Shown in pieces: positions 61,408 through 64,000 of a stretch of 64,000 nucleotides of DNA. This DNA is from Klebsormidium nitens (Eukaryota > Plantae > Klebsormidiophyceae): assembly GCA_000708835.1 (NCBI GenBank), contig DF237009.1:186001-250000 (forward strand), given 5' to 3'. How positions within the stretch are numbered: the stretch's first letter is position 1; every line of letters begins with the position of its first letter. Under the pieces are notes generated by a model. It ran no database searches. It saw only the letters and a list, made by a program, of their open reading frames with translations, and was not told the origin of the DNA. The translations under genes and the position numbers were made by a program.

Positions 61408-62927
61408 AAGGCACCTCGAAAACAACTCGCAACCAAGGCGGCATACCGTCCAAAGTCTTCTCCGATGGAGCGCGACATTGCCAAGCTGTTCCTTCAGGAG
61501 CACCTGAACGACGTGGCCTTCATCGTGGGCCCGGAACGGTCGCGTCTTCCAGGCCACAAGGCAATCCTGGCCGCACGATGTCCCAAGTTTGAGGCTCTCT
61601 TCTCGGGAGGGTTTGGAGACTCCTCCGCAACAGAGGACGAGCTACCAGATGTGAATACCACCGCCTTCACCGCAATGCTGGATTACATCTACAGTGGCGA
61701 TGTAAGCGGCTAAAGGATGGGGTTTAGAAATTAGCTTGACTGCCTTCTATCACTGATGGTCAGAACTTGTTGAAGATACTCAAATAGTAGCATTGCAAAT
61801 ACTGAGCAGCTGAGCTTGGTAGAAGCATGGGAGCTAGAATATTTCATTGGAGGTGAAAAATCAAGGTGCTGGTAACACTAGTACTCTTTTAAAAGACTCC
61901 TGAGATCACAAGTAAGGTCTTTCTTAAATTTCTTGTGGTGCCAAATGACCCACTTTCTTCTCGCAATCTCTTCTTCTTATGACTCACAAACCCATCATAA
62001 CGCATCAAACATACTAATTGTAGATTCAACGAACCGGGCCCCCTTAACTCGCCTCGGGACGTATGCCTTGTGCACTCTTACTTGTCGGCCGTCTCAGGTT
62101 GAATGGAGATAGATCGAACTGCCGGTCACACGTGGTCTTCGAGCTAAAGTGGAAAATGTGGTGGATGCAGATGAGCTGCTTCAATGAGCTTGCGCCGGAC
62201 ACGCTTGCGGCGACCTTCGCCCTGGCGGACGAGTACATTCTGCCGCTACTCAGAGTGGGCTGTAAATTCGCGTTCACAGAAAGGGTAAGGTTCCAGTGCA
62301 GTGACTTCACGAACCCTGCCCGATTTGCCTGGCCCCTCCACCCCGGTGTCTTCGAGATTCGTCGAAGCCAAATGGATACTCGACAATGGCCAGTTTCTAC
62401 AAAGGTTTACTTTCTTGTCCAGCTGGGTCCTGCTGACAGCAACTCCACAGTTTTCTCTAGTAACCTAGCATTATATCCCAGCAACTCTATAGTTTTCTCT
62501 AGTAACACAGCAGTATATGCCAGCAACTCCACCGTTTTAAGCAACGCTATGCTTAACTTTTATTGGCGAGACTTCTTTGTCTGTCCTGATAACAGTTCAA
62601 CCTGCATCTTTGTAGTTTGCAGAAACCCGTACTAGAATTTTGCATCCTGAAATCTACCTAGGGGCTTAGGAGGAACCGTAGCTGAATGGGAGACCTATCA
62701 CCGTGCTGCACAAAATGTCTATTCTAAACCCGCAGATGCAGCCTACGAATGCGTGCGAGACCCTTCCCATCGTGTCAGGGCGTCCCGAGTGCGCGGAGCT
62801 GGCGCAAATCTGCGAGCAGTACATTGCCGACTACTTTCACGACTTTTCAAAAGAGAGTCTGAAAGTGCTGACGGAGGATCTTGACCTTTTGTTAGCCGTC
62901 CTCAAGAACGGCATCGCTCCCAAGTAG
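61366..62927 (+). CDS. BTB/POZ(-BACK-like) protein with an N-terminal histone H3 tail-like peptide (~213 aa)
   Basis: join(61366..61701,62171..62284,62736..62927). BTB motifs NDVAFIVG..RLPGHKAILAARCPKFEALFSGGFGDS...ELPDVNTTAFTAMLDYIYSG and LAATFALADEYILPLLRVGC. N-terminus is [26 protein letters not shown]. Confidence 0.88.
62437..62538 (+). repeat. 42-bp tandem repeat (~2.4 copies) in BTB intron 2
   Basis: cagcaactccacagttttctctagtaacctagcattatatcc-type units start at 62437, 62479 and 62521. Confidence 0.85.
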
Positions 62928-64000
62928 ATGCGACTTCTCAAGTCTCCCTTCGGGTCAAGGAGCTCAGCCTTCAAAACGAACGATCCACCTGGAACAAGGA
63001 CCTAGATTTCTTGTGTTTCTCGTACGCGGGGTTTAGGATCAAAGTCATTGTGGCCAGCCCATGATTAACTCGATGTTTCACAATCATGGTTACGTCAGAC
63101 TAATAAGGTTTTGTGACTTTGGTGCGATGTGAGGCAGCCATGTGACTAAGTTTGAATTGAAATAGTCGAGCTCGCATCCGACTGGACGGTTGACCATGAG
63201 GCGAGATTCAATATAACGTCGCTCAGTGACATGTGTATGATGGTAGCCTGTCTCATCATGTCCGGACTCCGCCTGCATGGTCGCCGATTATATCAGTGGC
63301 AGTCGAACAGCGTGAGCAGTCATTCTTGCACGTCGATTAGTATGATGTAAGAAAGCAGGCCGGCGAGCTACGTACACACGCCCCTTGAGAGGCGACGGCG
63401 ATGAATGGACAGCATTTTCTACTGCAATGAACACTCGAGCCCATGGCGGCCGCCTTATGCATGATTCAATGCAGGCTCGTTGCCAGAGATTCAAGAAAAA
63501 TTTATAGTCGCGCTATGACATGTGCTTGGCGGCCCGCAATACTAGCTTTCATAAGAAGTTCATGCGGGCGGCCACTGAGCGACGTCGTCAGAATTGAGAG
63601 ATTGACCAGGATGCATGAGATTAATCTGCCAGGCTGGTGCAACCTGGCTCACGGGTACTTGATTCAGCGCGCCCCGAAACGCCACAGATGGAGTGCCTTC
63701 CATGCGCACGAGGAATTCAGCCGGTCAATGGATCCGTCTGCACGATTGTTTTGCCGCCCGCTCACTGAACACGTGCCAAGTACAAGCCGTCCAAGCTACT
63801 AGCATGCTGCTTGATATTTTCAAATTGAAGATAAGCTAACGCAACCGTCTGCTTGCGGATAAGACAATCTAGCTTGCTGCAACTTCTAAAGATTGACAGG
63901 CGCTTAGAACGCTGCAGAATTTAAGAATCTTCTTCGGAATTCAGTAAGTACGCACCTTTGACGCAGATTGTCTAATCCGCAAGTAGCAAGCGAGTCGGTG

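Noticed and set aside
61366-61450. Histone H3 or CENH3 gene
   Set aside because: Similarity stops at residue ~27; there is no histone fold and the frame continues into a BTB domain.
62063-62635. 190-aa ORF as a single BTB exon
   Set aside because: Only 62171-62284 matches BTB and is bounded by good splice sites; the rest is intron read-through, including a 42-bp in-frame tandem repeat.

Overview
Eukaryotic, GC-rich, intron-rich nuclear DNA, most likely a streptophyte green alga of the Klebsormidium type. This is inferred from the plant-specific TBL and DCD families, codon usage and intron style; the species is not proven. Nine spliced genes were reconstructed by hand with phase-consistent splice junctions: the 3' part of a coiled-coil protein (+), ELP5 (-), a DCD-domain/TRF4-like terminal nucleotidyltransferase fusion (+), a TBL/PMR5 O-acetyltransferase (+), an NRP/B2-like DCD protein (-), a bacterial-type polyphosphate glucokinase with a putative plastid transit peptide (-), PMS2/PMS1 (-), a divergent mitochondrial-carrier-like protein (+), and a BTB(-BACK) protein whose N-terminus is a histone H3 tail mimic (+). 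The most striking structure is that introns of at least six genes carry serial, decaying copies of the adjacent exon edge plus its splice site ('exon-edge echoes'). In the largest arrays the echoes are ordered by apparent age, and several differ from the live exon mostly at synonymous positions. Several non-autonomous DNA elements are also present, including a G-rich telomere-like core flanked by copy-specific inverted repeats. There is one assembly gap (25964-26216). No rRNA, tRNA or CRISPR array was found.
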